From contig JBFFNE010000003.1 of the NCBI GenBank assembly GCA_041563315.1, positions 6,764 through 70,763 on the forward strand: DNA of 64,000 nt, read 5' to 3'. The translations under genes were made by a program, and so were the position numbers. This stretch comes from Thiohalomonadaceae bacterium. GTDB taxonomy: Bacteria; Pseudomonadota; Gammaproteobacteria; Thiohalomonadales; Thiohalomonadaceae. Positions 20,372-29,767 of this stretch are shown here, piece by piece (the first letter of the stretch is position 1; each line of letters begins with the position of its first letter). A model generated the notes under the pieces. That model searched no databases and was not told the origin of the DNA. It was given only the letters and a program-made list of their open reading frames with translations.

Positions 20372-23300
20372 TTCTCCTTGTCCTCTCCGGTGTCGGATTT
20401 TTGGAAACTCAGGGCAGCCAGCTGCTCGTAATGGTGGAAATGGGCCTGGGCTTCCTCCTGGGATTCATGCAGGAATTGCTCGGCGCTCTCTGGATGGCTG
20501 CGCCACAGCATGTTGAAGCGGGTCTCGTTGGCGACGAAGTCACGGTAGCCGATGGAGGGGGCCTTGGAGTCGAGCTGCAGCGGGTTTTCTCCCAGCTCAA
20601 GACGGCGCGGGTCGTAACGAAGCAGGGGCCAGTGGCCGCTGCGCACCGCCAGGTCCTGCATTTCGTGGTTGTGGGCCAGATCGTTGCCCCAGGCGATACA
20701 GGGAGAGTAGGCGATGATAATCGAGGGGCCGTCCCAGGACTCGGCCTCGAGGAAGGCGCGCAGGGTCTGGATGTCTTTGGCGCCATAGGCCACCTGGGCG
20801 ACGTAGACGTTCTCGTAGCTCATGGCGATCATCGCCAGGTCCTTCTTCGCCGTGGGCTTGCCACCAGCTGAGAACTTGGCCACCGCACCGCGTGGCGTGG
20901 CCTTGGAGGTCTGGCCGCCGGTGTTGGAGTATACCTCGGTGTCGAGCACCAGGATGTTGACGTTGCGGCTGGAGGCGAGCACATGGTCTAGGCCGCCGAA
21001 GCCGATATCGTAGGCCCAGCCGTCTCCGCCGATGATCCAGACACTCTTTTTCATCAATTGGTCGGCGACCGTCTCCAGTTGCCGTGCCTCGGGTTTGTCG
21101 ATGCCTTTGAGGATTTTTCTTAACTCGGCAACACGCTCGCGCTGGTCGTAAATCCCGGGCTCACTGTTCTGTTCGGCATGGAGTAGCGCCTCGACCTGCT
21201 CTTCGCCGATCTCGGCGCGTAGCTTCTGCAACAGTTCGCGGGCCAGCTCGGCCTGCTTGTCCACCGCCAGCCGCATGCCGAGACCGAATTCCGCGTTGTC
21301 CTCGAACAGCGAATTATTCCAGGCCGGGCCGCGTCCCTCGGCATTGTGCGCCCAGGGCGTGGTGGGCAGGTTGCCGCCGTAGATGGAGGAGCAGCCGGTG
21401 GCGTTGGCCACCATCATGCGATCGCCAAATAGCTGGCTGGCAAGCTTGAGGTAGGGGGTTTCGCCGCAGCCGGCGCAGGCGCCGGAGAACTCGAACAGCG
21501 GTTGCGTCACCATCGCTTCCTTGATCACATTCGGTCGCAGCTTGCGCCGGTCGAACTCGGGTAGGCTGAGGAAGAACTCCCAGTTGCACCGCTCCTGCTC
21601 GCGCACGGGTGGTTGCGGCACCATGTTCAGGGCGCGCCGTCCCGGGTTCTGTTTGTCCTTGGCCGGGCAGATATCGACGCAGAGGGTGCAGCCGGTGCAG
21701 TCCTCGGGTGAGACCTGGTAGCTGATGTGCCAGCCCTCGGGGAACTCCTTGCCCTTGACCGGCACGTGCTTGAAGGTTTCCGGCGCCTTTTTCGCCAGTG
21801 TCGGGTCGAACACTTTGCTGCGGATCACCCCGTGGGGACAGACGAAGGGGCACTTGCCGCAGTGGATACAGAGCTCCTCATCCCACTCGGGGATCTCCAG
21901 GGCGAGATTGCGCTTTTCCCACTGGCTGGTGCCGGTGGGCCAGGTACCGTCGGCAGGCAGCTGGCTGACCGCAAGGGTGTCCCCTCGGCCGGCAATGATC
22001 TTCGCGGTGACCTCCTGCACGAAGCGGGGGGTGTTTTCCGGCACCACCGAGGGGCGCTCGAAGGCGCTGTCGGCCACGGCCGGGACGGTAACCTGATGGA
22101 GATTGGCGAGCGAGGTGTCGATTGCGCGGAAGTTCATTTCCACCAGTTGCTTGCCCTTTTTACCGTAAGTCTTTTCCACTGCCTGTTTGATCGCATCGAT
22201 GGCCTGGCCCTGCGGCAGGATGTCGGAGATGGCGAAAAAGCAGGTCTGCATCACGGTATTGATGCGCTGGCCCATGCCGCTCTCGTCGGCTACGCGGTAG
22301 GCATCGATGACAAAGAACTTGAGTCCCTTGTCGATGATCTGCTGCTGCATCTTACGGGGCAAGGTATCCCAGGCCTTGTCAGGTGGCGCGGTGGTATTGA
22401 GCAGAAACACACCGCCGACCTCGGCCTTGTCGAGCATGTCGTAGCGTTCGAGAAACACGCTCTGGTGACAGGCGACGAAGTGGGCCTCGTCATCGCTGAT
22501 GAGATAGGTGGAACGGATCGGCTCAGGGCCGAAGCGCAGGTGCGAGACGGTGACTGCCCCCGATTTTTTCGAGTCGTAGACGAAATAGCCCTGGGCGTGG
22601 AGATCGGTGCACTCGCCAATGATCTTGATTGAGTTTTTGTTGGCGCTCACGGTGCCGTCGGAGCCGAGGCCGTAGAATAGGGCGCTGACCGCCTTGTGTG
22701 AGGCGTCAGTGCGGAAGGTCTCGTCCCAGGGCAGGCTGGTGTGGCTGAGGTCGTCGTGGATGCCGATGGTAAAGCCGTTCTTCGGTCTGTCGCGCTTCAG
22801 CTCACCGAACACAGCCTTGACCATCCCTGGGGTGAGCTCCTTGGAGGAGAGGCCGTAGCGGCCACCGATGACCCGCGGTAGGGTGCTGCACGGCGCCTCA
22901 CCCGAGGCGACACCCTGTGCCAGGGCACTCAGCACATCCTTGTACAGCGGCTCGCCGTCACCACCAGGCTCCTTGGTGCGGTCCAGCACCGCCACGGCGC
23001 TCACCGTGGCGGGCAGGGCGGCGATGAGGGTCGCCGCGTCGAAGGGGCGGTAGAGCCGCACCTTGAGCAGACCGAGCTTCTCGCCCTGGGCATTGAGATG
23101 GTCGACTGTCTCCTGCGCGGTTTCAGCACCGGAGCCCATCAGGATGAGCACACGATCGGCATCCTCGACACCGTAGTAGTCGTACAGGCGGTAGTGGCGG
23201 CCAGTCAGCTCGGCGAAGCGGTCCATGCACTGCTGGACGATGGCAGGCATCGCCTGATAGAAGGGATTGACGCTCTCGCGCGCCTGGAAGTAGACGTCCG

Positions 23301-23964
23301 GGTTCTGTGAGGTGCCGCGGATCACCGGGTGTTCCGGGTTGAGGGCGCGGGCACGGTGGGCGGCGACCAGCCCGTCATCGATCATCGCCCGCACGGTCTC
23401 GTCGCTAACCGCCTCGATCTTGCCGATTTCGTGGGAGGTGCGAAAGCCGTCGAAGACATGCAGCAGGGGGATGCGCCCCTGCAGGGTCGCGGCCTGTGCG
23501 ATGAGTGCCATGTCCATCACCTCCTGCACCGAGTTGGAGAAGAGTATGCCAAAGCCGGTGGTGCGGGCCGCCATCACATCGCTGTGATCGCCGAAGATGG
23601 AGAGAGCCTGGGCAGCCAGTGAGCGGGCGGCGATATGAAACACTGTGGGAGAGAGTTCGCCGGCGATTTTATACATATTGGGCAGCATCAGCAGCAGCCC
23701 CTGAGAGGCGGTAAAGGTGGTGGAGAGGGCACCGCTCTGCAGTGCGCCGTGGATCGCCCCCGCGGCGCCGCCCTCACTCTGCATCTCCACGATCTGCGGC
23801 ACGCTACCCCAAAGGTTCCGTTGACTCTGCGCCGACCAGGCATCGGCATGTTCGCCCATGGGTGAGGCGGGCGTGATCGGGTAGATGGCGATGACCTCGT
23901 TGCACAGAAAGGCGATGCGCGCGGCAGCTTCGTTGCCGTCAAGGGTGATCATCCGGCGTTTCAT
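20368..23964 (-). CDS. nifJ: pyruvate:ferredoxin (flavodoxin) oxidoreductase
   Basis: 1198-aa single-chain PFOR with 2x[4Fe-4S] ferredoxin domain (CIHCGKCPFVCP, CTGCTLCVDICP) and TPP motif GGDGWAYDIG. Confidence 0.95.
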   Translation of the reverse strand: MKRRMITLDGNEAAARIAFLCNEVIAIYPITPASPMGEHADAWSAQSQRNLWGSVPQIVEMQSEGGAAGAIHGALQSGALSTTFTASQGLLLMLPNMYKIAGELSPTVFHIAARSLAAQALSIFGDHSDVMAARTTGFGILFSNSVQEVMDMALIAQAATLQGRIPLLHVFDGFRTSHEIGKIEAVSDETVRAMIDDGLVAAHRARALNPEHPVIRGTSQNPDVYFQARESVNPFYQAMPAIVQQCMDRFAELTGRHYRLYDYYGVEDADRVLILMGSGAETAQETVDHLNAQGEKLGLLKVRLYRPFDAATLIAALPATVSAVAVLDRTKEPGGDGEPLYKDVLSALAQGVASGEAPCSTLPRVIGGRYGLSSKELTPGMVKAVFGELKRDRPKNGFTIGIHDDLSHTSLPWDETFRTDASHKAVSALFYGLGSDGTVSANKNSIKIIGECTDLHAQGYFVYDSKKSGAVTVSHLRFGPEPIRSTYLISDDEAHFVACHQSVFLERYDMLDKAEVGGVFLLNTTAPPDKAWDTLPRKMQQQIIDKGLKFFVIDAYRVADESGMGQRINTVMQTCFFAISDILPQGQAIDAIKQAVEKTYGKKGKQLVEMNFRAIDTSLANLHQVTVPAVADSAFERPSVVPENTPRFVQEVTAKIIAGRGDTLAVSQLPADGTWPTGTSQWEKRNLALEIPEWDEELCIHCGKCPFVCPHGVIRSKVFDPTLAKKAPETFKHVPVKGKEFPEGWHISYQVSPEDCTGCTLCVDICPAKDKQNPGRRALNMVPQPPVREQERCNWEFFLSLPEFDRRKLRPNVIKEAMVTQPLFEFSGACAGCGETPYLKLASQLFGDRMMVANATGCSSIYGGNLPTTPWAHNAEGRGPAWNNSLFEDNAEFGLGMRLAVDKQAELARELLQKLRAEIGEEQVEALLHAEQNSEPGIYDQRERVAELRKILKGIDKPEARQLETVADQLMKKSVWIIGGDGWAYDIGFGGLDHVLASSRNVNILVLDTEVYSNTGGQTSKATPRGAVAKFSAGGKPTAKKDLAMIAMSYENVYVAQVAYGAKDIQTLRAFLEAESWDGPSIIIAYSPCIAWGNDLAHNHEMQDLAVRSGHWPLLRYDPRRLELGENPLQLDSKAPSIGYRDFVANETRFNMLWRSHPESAEQFLHESQEEAQAHFHHYEQLAALSFQKSDTGEDKEK

Positions 23965-24055
23965 ACGGGCTCTCCGTTAAGAACGGGCGTGTTTTTCTTC
24001 TTCACACACCATAGCGCCCGGGGGAGGGGGAGACAAGCGGGGAGGTAAGAACGGT

Positions 24056-24212
24056 GGTTCAAGGTTCAAAGTCCAAGGTTCAAAGAAGCGCATTCAACTA
24101 CATTTTGAACTGAAGATTCGAAGTCGGTAGGGGCCGGATAAGCGGTAGCGAATCCGCGATTTTCACGGGGTTTGCCGGACGCTTGGCTTATCGGGCCTAC
24201 TGGCCTTGAACC
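24056..24212. repeat. nested palindromic REP/MITE-like element
   Basis: Outer inverted repeat GGTTCAAGG (24056-24064) / CCTTGAACC (24204-24212). Inner inverted repeat GTAGGGGCCGGATAAGC (24127-24143) / GCTTATCGGGCCTAC (24186-24200). CAAGGTTCAAAG is duplicated. A related copy is at 62620-62703. Confidence 0.7.
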
Positions 24213-24303
24213 TGTATCTCCATTCACTTCAGCGAGACGCCGCTACACTCTGTGGTAGGATGCGGGCATACAACGAACCCACGCCGAGGCTGCCCTTTTC
24301 AGG

Positions 24304-25581
24304 ATGAATGTCGTCTTCTTTGCCATTGTGTTAAGTGCCTTTGTCGTGGCAGCGTGGAAACAGCTTGGCGGTGCAGTGGGTGAGCCGTCGCCGATGAGTG
24401 CGCTCTCTGCGGCGATGGTAGAGTCGGCCAGCGGTGCGGTGGAGCTGGCCATCGGTCTGGTGGGGGTGATGACCCTGTTCCTTGGCCTGATGAAGGTGGC
24501 CGAGGCGGGCGGCATGCTGACCATCCTGGCGCGCCTGATCCGGCCGCTGATGGTGCGCCTTTTTCCCGATGTCCCGCCGGAACATCCGGCGATGGGAGCG
24601 ATGATCCTCAATATCTCCGCCAACGCCCTGGGTCTCGGCAATGCCGCCACCCCGTTCGGTATCCGCGCGATGCAGGAACTCAACAAGCTCAACACCCATC
24701 CCGGCACCGCCAGTAACGCGATGGTGCTGTTTCTGGCCATCAACACCTCCAGTGTGACTCTGTTGCCAACCGGGGTCATTGCCCTGCGTGCCTCGGCCGG
24801 TTCCCTCGACCCGGCGGCGATCCTGCCGACCACCCTGTTTGCCACGGCCTGTTCCACCCTCTTCGCGATTGTCGCGGCGCTTTTCTACCGCCGTTTTTTT
24901 CCGCTCGGTCAGCCTTCGACAGTACCTGTGGTTGCCGCGGATGGGGAGGATGAGGCGACGCCCGTGGAAACGCCGGGCGCCTATCCGCTGTGGGTCTCCT
25001 TTTTCGCCCTCGGGCTGTTGGCGGCGCTGATCCCGGTTACTGTCCTCTATGGCAAGGTGATCGCCCCCTGGATCCTGCCCGGCCTGATGGTCGGCTTCCT
25101 CGCCTTTGGCATGTGGCGGCGGGTGCCCATCTACGAGAGCTTCATCGAGGGGGCAAAGGACGGTTTTCAGGTGGCCCTGCGTATCATCCCTTACCTGGTG
25201 GCGATCCTGGTGGCGGTGGGGATGTTCCGCGCCAGCGGCGCCCTGGACCTGCTGGTTCGTGCTCTGGGCCAGTGGACCACTCCGCTCGGGATGCCTCCCG
25301 AGGCGTTGCCGATGGCCCTGCTGCGCCCACTCTCCGGCTCCGGTGCCTACGGGGTGATGGCGTCGATCATTAACGACCCAGCGGTTGGTCCTGACAGTTA
25401 CACAGGATATCTGGTCTCGACACTGCAGGGCTCCACCGAGACGACTTTTTACGTGCTGGCGGTCTATTTCGGTGCGGTGCAGATCAAACGTATCCGTCAT
25501 GCCTTGTGGACGGCGCTAAGTGCCGATCTGGTGGCCATTATTGCCGCTGTCGTTGCCGTTTCTTTCCTGTTTAGTCTTTGA
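24304..25581 (+). CDS. nucleoside-recognition (Gate) domain membrane protein, fused SpmA/SpmB-like
   Basis: 425-aa polytopic membrane protein that resembles fused spore-maturation A/B-type proteins. Confidence 0.7.
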   Translation: MNVVFFAIVLSAFVVAAWKQLGGAVGEPSPMSALSAAMVESASGAVELAIGLVGVMTLFLGLMKVAEAGGMLTILARLIRPLMVRLFPDVPPEHPAMGAMILNISANALGLGNAATPFGIRAMQELNKLNTHPGTASNAMVLFLAINTSSVTLLPTGVIALRASAGSLDPAAILPTTLFATACSTLFAIVAALFYRRFFPLGQPSTVPVVAADGEDEATPVETPGAYPLWVSFFALGLLAALIPVTVLYGKVIAPWILPGLMVGFLAFGMWRRVPIYESFIEGAKDGFQVALRIIPYLVAILVAVGMFRASGALDLLVRALGQWTTPLGMPPEALPMALLRPLSGSGAYGVMASIINDPAVGPDSYTGYLVSTLQGSTETTFYVLAVYFGAVQIKRIRHALWTALSADLVAIIAAVVAVSFLFSL

Positions 25582-26403
25582 ATGGTAAGCGGCATGAATG
25601 ACGCTCAGCAGCAATCCGTACCGGTGGTTCCGGCGACACCAGCGCTTGCCGAGGCCGCGCAAAGGATCGCCAGCCACTGGGGCCTGACCTATGCTGAAAG
25701 CTCCCCAGCTTTATTTCAGCTTCAACTGACCGATAAGCGACTCGAATTGATCCAGAGCGGCGAGGATGCACCCGGTGCCGTTTATGTCGATTTTGTCACG
25801 GGAGCCGTGGCCCATCGACGACGTTTTGGTGGTGGGCGCGGCCAGAGTATTGCCAAGGCGGTGGGGCTCAAGGGCGGGGCGAACCCGACAGTGCTCGATG
25901 CCACCGGTGGCTTGGGACGTGATGCCTTTGTATTAGCCTCCCTGGGTTGCCGCGTGACCCTGTTGGAGCGCTCACCGGTGGTGGCGGCATTACTGGAGGA
26001 CGGCGTTAGGCGTGCTATGGCCGATACCGAGATCGGCAGCTGGGTTGCCGAGCGTCTGCTGCTTATCCATACCGATGCGGTGGTATGGATGGAGGGGCTT
26101 GCCGAGGAGGAGTTCCCGGATGTGGTCTATCTCGACCCGATGTTTCCGCACCGGCGCAAAAACGCCCAGGTGAAAAAGGAGATGGCGCTTTTCCAGCAGT
26201 TGGTGGGCAGCGACGAGGATGCGGATCGCCTGTTGCCCGCAGCGCTACGAGTGGCGCGAAAGCGGGTGGTAGTCAAAAGGCCCGATTATGCACCGGTGCT
26301 GGGGGGGGTGAAACCGACAATGGCGATCACCAGCAAGAAGCACCGTTTTGATGTTTACGTTAAATCAGAGGCGAGATTTGAGGGGATGGGGGAGAGGGCT
26401 TGA
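25582..26403 (+). CDS. rsmJ: 16S rRNA (guanine1516-N2)-methyltransferase RsmJ
   Basis: [32 protein letters not shown]-binding motif, typical of YhiQ/RsmJ. Confidence 0.85.
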   Translation: MVSGMNDAQQQSVPVVPATPALAEAAQRIASHWGLTYAESSPALFQLQLTDKRLELIQSGEDAPGAVYVDFVTGAVAHRRRFGGGRGQSIAKAVGLKGGANPTVLDATGGLGRDAFVLASLGCRVTLLERSPVVAALLEDGVRRAMADTEIGSWVAERLLLIHTDAVVWMEGLAEEEFPDVVYLDPMFPHRRKNAQVKKEMALFQQLVGSDEDADRLLPAALRVARKRVVVKRPDYAPVLGGVKPTMAITSKKHRFDVYVKSEARFEGMGERA

Positions 26404-26946
26404 GGGCGCTGCGCGCATGCAACGTCAGACTCTCGCCAAGCTGCAAAGAAAATAGAACAAAAAGTGTGGTTAGAGCCACCTGGCAGGGTGTACCTGCCCT
26501 CAATTTAACGAATACTGTCTGTCTGTCTGGCGGGGGAGGGGGGAAGTGGTGTTTCGGCTAAAGATAGTGGCGTAGTGGCTATTAATCCAAAGCGGCCGAT
26601 CAGTCTGTTGCCTCTGGTTGTTGGGGAAATGGCCCGTAACGCGGATCCACTTTCCTTCTGCTACAGTTGAGGTGAAGCGTGTATCAGCGTCCCAGAACGC
26701 GACAATGTTTCTACCGGGGCATCGCGAACGAAACGGCGATGGTGGCAAGGGGCCCGGTTTGTGCCTGGGAACGACTGCTGGTTGCCGGTTTAGACACGGA
26801 TGCATTGGCAAGCAGTGTCCGCAGGGTCAACAGTAATCAGTAAAGGGCGTACGCATTCCATTGACTTGATGGTGTTTCATTTAATGAAGTGATCCTAGTC
26901 CAACAAGCTGAGACTCATATTTAAAATCGGTAGGGTAGGAGGAACC

Positions 26947-27996
26947 ATGGGTGATATTGCCACGTTACTGGCCGAAGAGGCCGAGGACCTGCTTGGTCAT
27001 AGCTGCAAGGGTATCCCAAAATCGATGCTGCATCTTCCCGGAGAGGACTATGTCAGCCGGGTAATGGCGGAAAAGGACCGCAGCCCGGCCGTGTTGCGTA
27101 ACATGCAGCTGTTGTTCAATACCGGACGTCTGTCCGGTACAGGGTACCTTTCTATTTTGCCGGTGGACCAGGGGGTGGAGCACTCGGCGGGAGCCTCCTT
27201 TGCCCCCAACCCGGCCTTCTTCGACCCGGGCAGTATCTGCGAGCTGGCCATGGAGGGAGGCTGCAATGCGGTCGCCTCAACCCTCGGTGTGCTCGGCTCG
27301 GTGGCCCGAAGTTATGCCCACCGTATCCCTTTCATTGCCAAGATCAACCACAACGAGTTGCTCACCTATCCCAATATCTACGACCAGACCCTGTTTGGCT
27401 CGGTCGATCAGGCCTTCGAACTGGGGGCTGTTGCCGTGGGGGCAACCATCTATTTTGGTTCCCAGGAGTCGCGGCGGCAGATACAGGAGGTCAGCGCAGC
27501 CTTTGCTCACGCCCATGAGCTGGGCATGGTCACTGTACTGTGGGCCTATTTGCGCAATAGCAGCTTCAAGCATGAAGGGGTCGATTATCACACCAGTGCC
27601 GATCTCACCGGCCAGGGTAATCACCTGGCGGCGACGTTAAATGCAGACATCATCAAACAGAAGCAGGCGACGAACAATGGTGGCTACAATGCCATCGGTT
27701 TCGGTAAGACCCACCCCAAGGTCTATGACACACTGACCAGTGATCACCCTATCGACCTGGTACGCTACCAGGTAGCAAACTGTTATATGGGGCGGGTGGG
27801 GATGATTAACTCGGGCGGCCCCTCTGGCAAGGATGACCTGCACCAGGCGGTTCGTACCGCCGTGATCAACAAGCGTGCTGGGGGGATGGGGTTGATTTCC
27901 GGACGCAAGGCCTTTCAGAAACCGATGAAGGAAGGGGTGGCGTTACTCAATGCGATCCAGGATGTTTATGCAGACAAAAGCATCGATATTGCTTGA
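26947..27996 (+). CDS. fbaB: class I fructose-bisphosphate aldolase (FbaB/DhnA type)
   Basis: 349 aa; [15 protein letters not shown]...IAKINHN...ADIIKQK matches the FbaB family. GGAGG lies before the ATG. Confidence 0.85.
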   Translation: MGDIATLLAEEAEDLLGHSCKGIPKSMLHLPGEDYVSRVMAEKDRSPAVLRNMQLLFNTGRLSGTGYLSILPVDQGVEHSAGASFAPNPAFFDPGSICELAMEGGCNAVASTLGVLGSVARSYAHRIPFIAKINHNELLTYPNIYDQTLFGSVDQAFELGAVAVGATIYFGSQESRRQIQEVSAAFAHAHELGMVTVLWAYLRNSSFKHEGVDYHTSADLTGQGNHLAATLNADIIKQKQATNNGGYNAIGFGKTHPKVYDTLTSDHPIDLVRYQVANCYMGRVGMINSGGPSGKDDLHQAVRTAVINKRAGGMGLISGRKAFQKPMKEGVALLNAIQDVYADKSIDIA

Positions 27997-28124
27997 GAAA
28001 GGCAGGACCGAGATATGAATTACAGTTACAAGATGGAGCGGCGCCCCTGCTACGATTAGCTTAAGTTATCCCCTGTGAGACTTCAGTATCGCGGGGTGGG
28101 AGGCAACAATCCTCGTCCCTGAAC

Positions 28125-28469
28125 TTAGAGATGAAGCGTAGGGGTCTCCAGCACTCGCTGGATCTCATCCAGGACCTTCGTCAACTTTTCTGCGTAGCTC
28201 TCTTTCTCGCCCCGATTAAGGCACGACTCCATGGCCTCGGCCGCTGTCTTGAGAGCCGGTACCCCACAGTAGGTCGCAGAGCCATTGAGTTTGTGGACCG
28301 CTTCCAGCAGCGAATACAGATCGCCTTCACCGTAGAGACTGGGTAGCTGAATCTGGTACTCGGAAAGCTCATTTTGCAGTAATTGATAGAGATCGCGGGC
28401 CAGTTCAACATTCCCGCCTGCCCGCTTCAGTGCCAACTGTTCATCAATAGCACAGGGTGCAGAACTCAT
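28125..28469 (-). CDS. stand-alone Hpt (histidine phosphotransfer) domain protein
   Basis: AVHKLNGSATYCGVPAL Hpt signature. GGAGG lies 9 nt upstream of the ATG at 28469. Confidence 0.7.
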   Translation of the reverse strand: MSSAPCAIDEQLALKRAGGNVELARDLYQLLQNELSEYQIQLPSLYGEGDLYSLLEAVHKLNGSATYCGVPALKTAAEAMESCLNRGEKESYAEKLTKVLDEIQRVLETPTLHL

Positions 28470-28588
28470 CCGTGTGTTCCTCCATAACGAAATATTATCC
28501 ATAAACTCTACTTGCAATCGTCATTGTTGACAAGCCCGTTTATAATCAGGGTTCGCGTAACGAGATATTGGCGATTATAGGCATCCTC

Positions 28589-29482
28589 ATGACATTTCCC
28601 ACCATCGAATCATTCGTCGGCAACACGCCTCTAGTGCGCCTGCAGCGTCTGCCTGGCGAAACCTCCAACACCCTTCTGGTGAAGCTGGAAGGCAACAATC
28701 CAGCCGGTTCAGTCAAGGACCGCCCGGCTCTGTCGATGATCCAGCACGCCGAGGCGCGGGGCGAGATCAAGCCGGGTGACACCCTTATTGAAGCCACCTC
28801 TGGCAATACCGGTATCGCCCTCGCCATGGCCGCGGCGATCAAGGGGTACAACATGGTGCTGATCATGCCGGATAATATGAGCGTCGAGCGCCGCGCCTCG
28901 ATGCGTGCCTACGGCGCTGAGATTATCCTGGTGACCCGCGAGCAGAGCATGGAGGGGGCTCGCGACTTGGCTCTGCAGATGCAGGCCGAGGGCAAGGGTA
29001 AGGTGCTCGACCAGTTCTCAAACCCGGACAATCCGCTAGCGCACTATGAAACCACCGGCCCCGAGATCTGGCGCGACAGCGAGCGCAAGGTGACCCATTT
29101 CGTCAGCGCCATGGGCACTACCGGCACCATCATGGGCACCTCACGTTATCTCAAGGAGGTGAATCCTGCGATCCAGATCGTTGGCGTTCAGCCGGAAGAA
29201 GGCGCCAGTATCCCCGGCATCCGCCGCTGGCCGAAGGAGTACCTGCCGAGTATTTTTGAGGCGAGCCGTGTGGATCGCACTATCGATATTAGCCAGCAGG
29301 CGGCGGAGGAGACCACCCGTCGGCTTGCGGCCGAGGAGGGGATCTTTTGCGGCATCTCTTCTGGCGGTGCCGTTGCCGCCGCGCTGAAGCTTTCCAGTGA
29401 GGTTGAAAACGCCGTGATAGTCGCCATCATCTGCGACCGTGGCGACCGCTACCTCTCTACCGGGGTGTTTCCCGTCGAATAA
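28589..29482 (+). CDS. cysM: cysteine synthase B
   Basis: NPAGSVKDRPA PLP-lysine motif and TSGNTGIALA. About 297 aa starting at MTFPTIESFVGNTPLV. Confidence 0.9.
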   Translation: MTFPTIESFVGNTPLVRLQRLPGETSNTLLVKLEGNNPAGSVKDRPALSMIQHAEARGEIKPGDTLIEATSGNTGIALAMAAAIKGYNMVLIMPDNMSVERRASMRAYGAEIILVTREQSMEGARDLALQMQAEGKGKVLDQFSNPDNPLAHYETTGPEIWRDSERKVTHFVSAMGTTGTIMGTSRYLKEVNPAIQIVGVQPEEGASIPGIRRWPKEYLPSIFEASRVDRTIDISQQAAEETTRRLAAEEGIFCGISSGGAVAAALKLSSEVENAVIVAIICDRGDRYLSTGVFPVE

Positions 29483-29571
29483 TGGACTTTAGCTCATGAG
29501 GAAGTGCACGCAGGAAATAACAGGGAACAGAGTGGAGTGGCACTGACTTAACCAATCAGTAAACCGATGCT

Positions 29572-29652
29572 GTCATTCCGGCGTGCCTTTGGCGGGAATG
29601 ACGAAGTAATATGGCGGGTTTTCTTAAGTGAGTGTCATTCGGAACAGAGTGC
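29572..29652. repeat. REP-like palindrome (GTCATTCC..GGAATGAC type) with partial second copy
   Basis: GTCATTCCGGCG-N9-CGGGAATGAC hairpin. GTCATTCGGAACAGAGTG is a partial repeat, and GGAACAGAGTG also occurs at 29524-29534. Confidence 0.55.
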
Positions 29653-29767
29653 TTTATGTTCTCTGGGGCACGCGTGATTTCACACTCCACCATTGCCTCT
29701 GAACTGAAGTTTGTGGAAACAGGCGGGCTCGAATCCCGCCATTTGCTGTAAAAGGTTATCACTAAGC

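Noticed and set aside
26515-26530. (CTGT)n microsatellite as a phase-variation switch.
   Set aside because: There are only three units, and the repeat lies in a spacer far (more than 400 nt) from the nearest start codon, with no ORF to shift.
29722-29740. Possible tRNA gene, because GGCGGGCTCGAATCCCGCC looks like a T-arm.
   Set aside because: The 7 nt after the stem (CATTTGC) have no complementary acceptor strand at the expected distance upstream (GATTTCA is found there). The loop is CTCGAAT rather than TTCGAAT, and there is no CCA context. At most this is a fragment.
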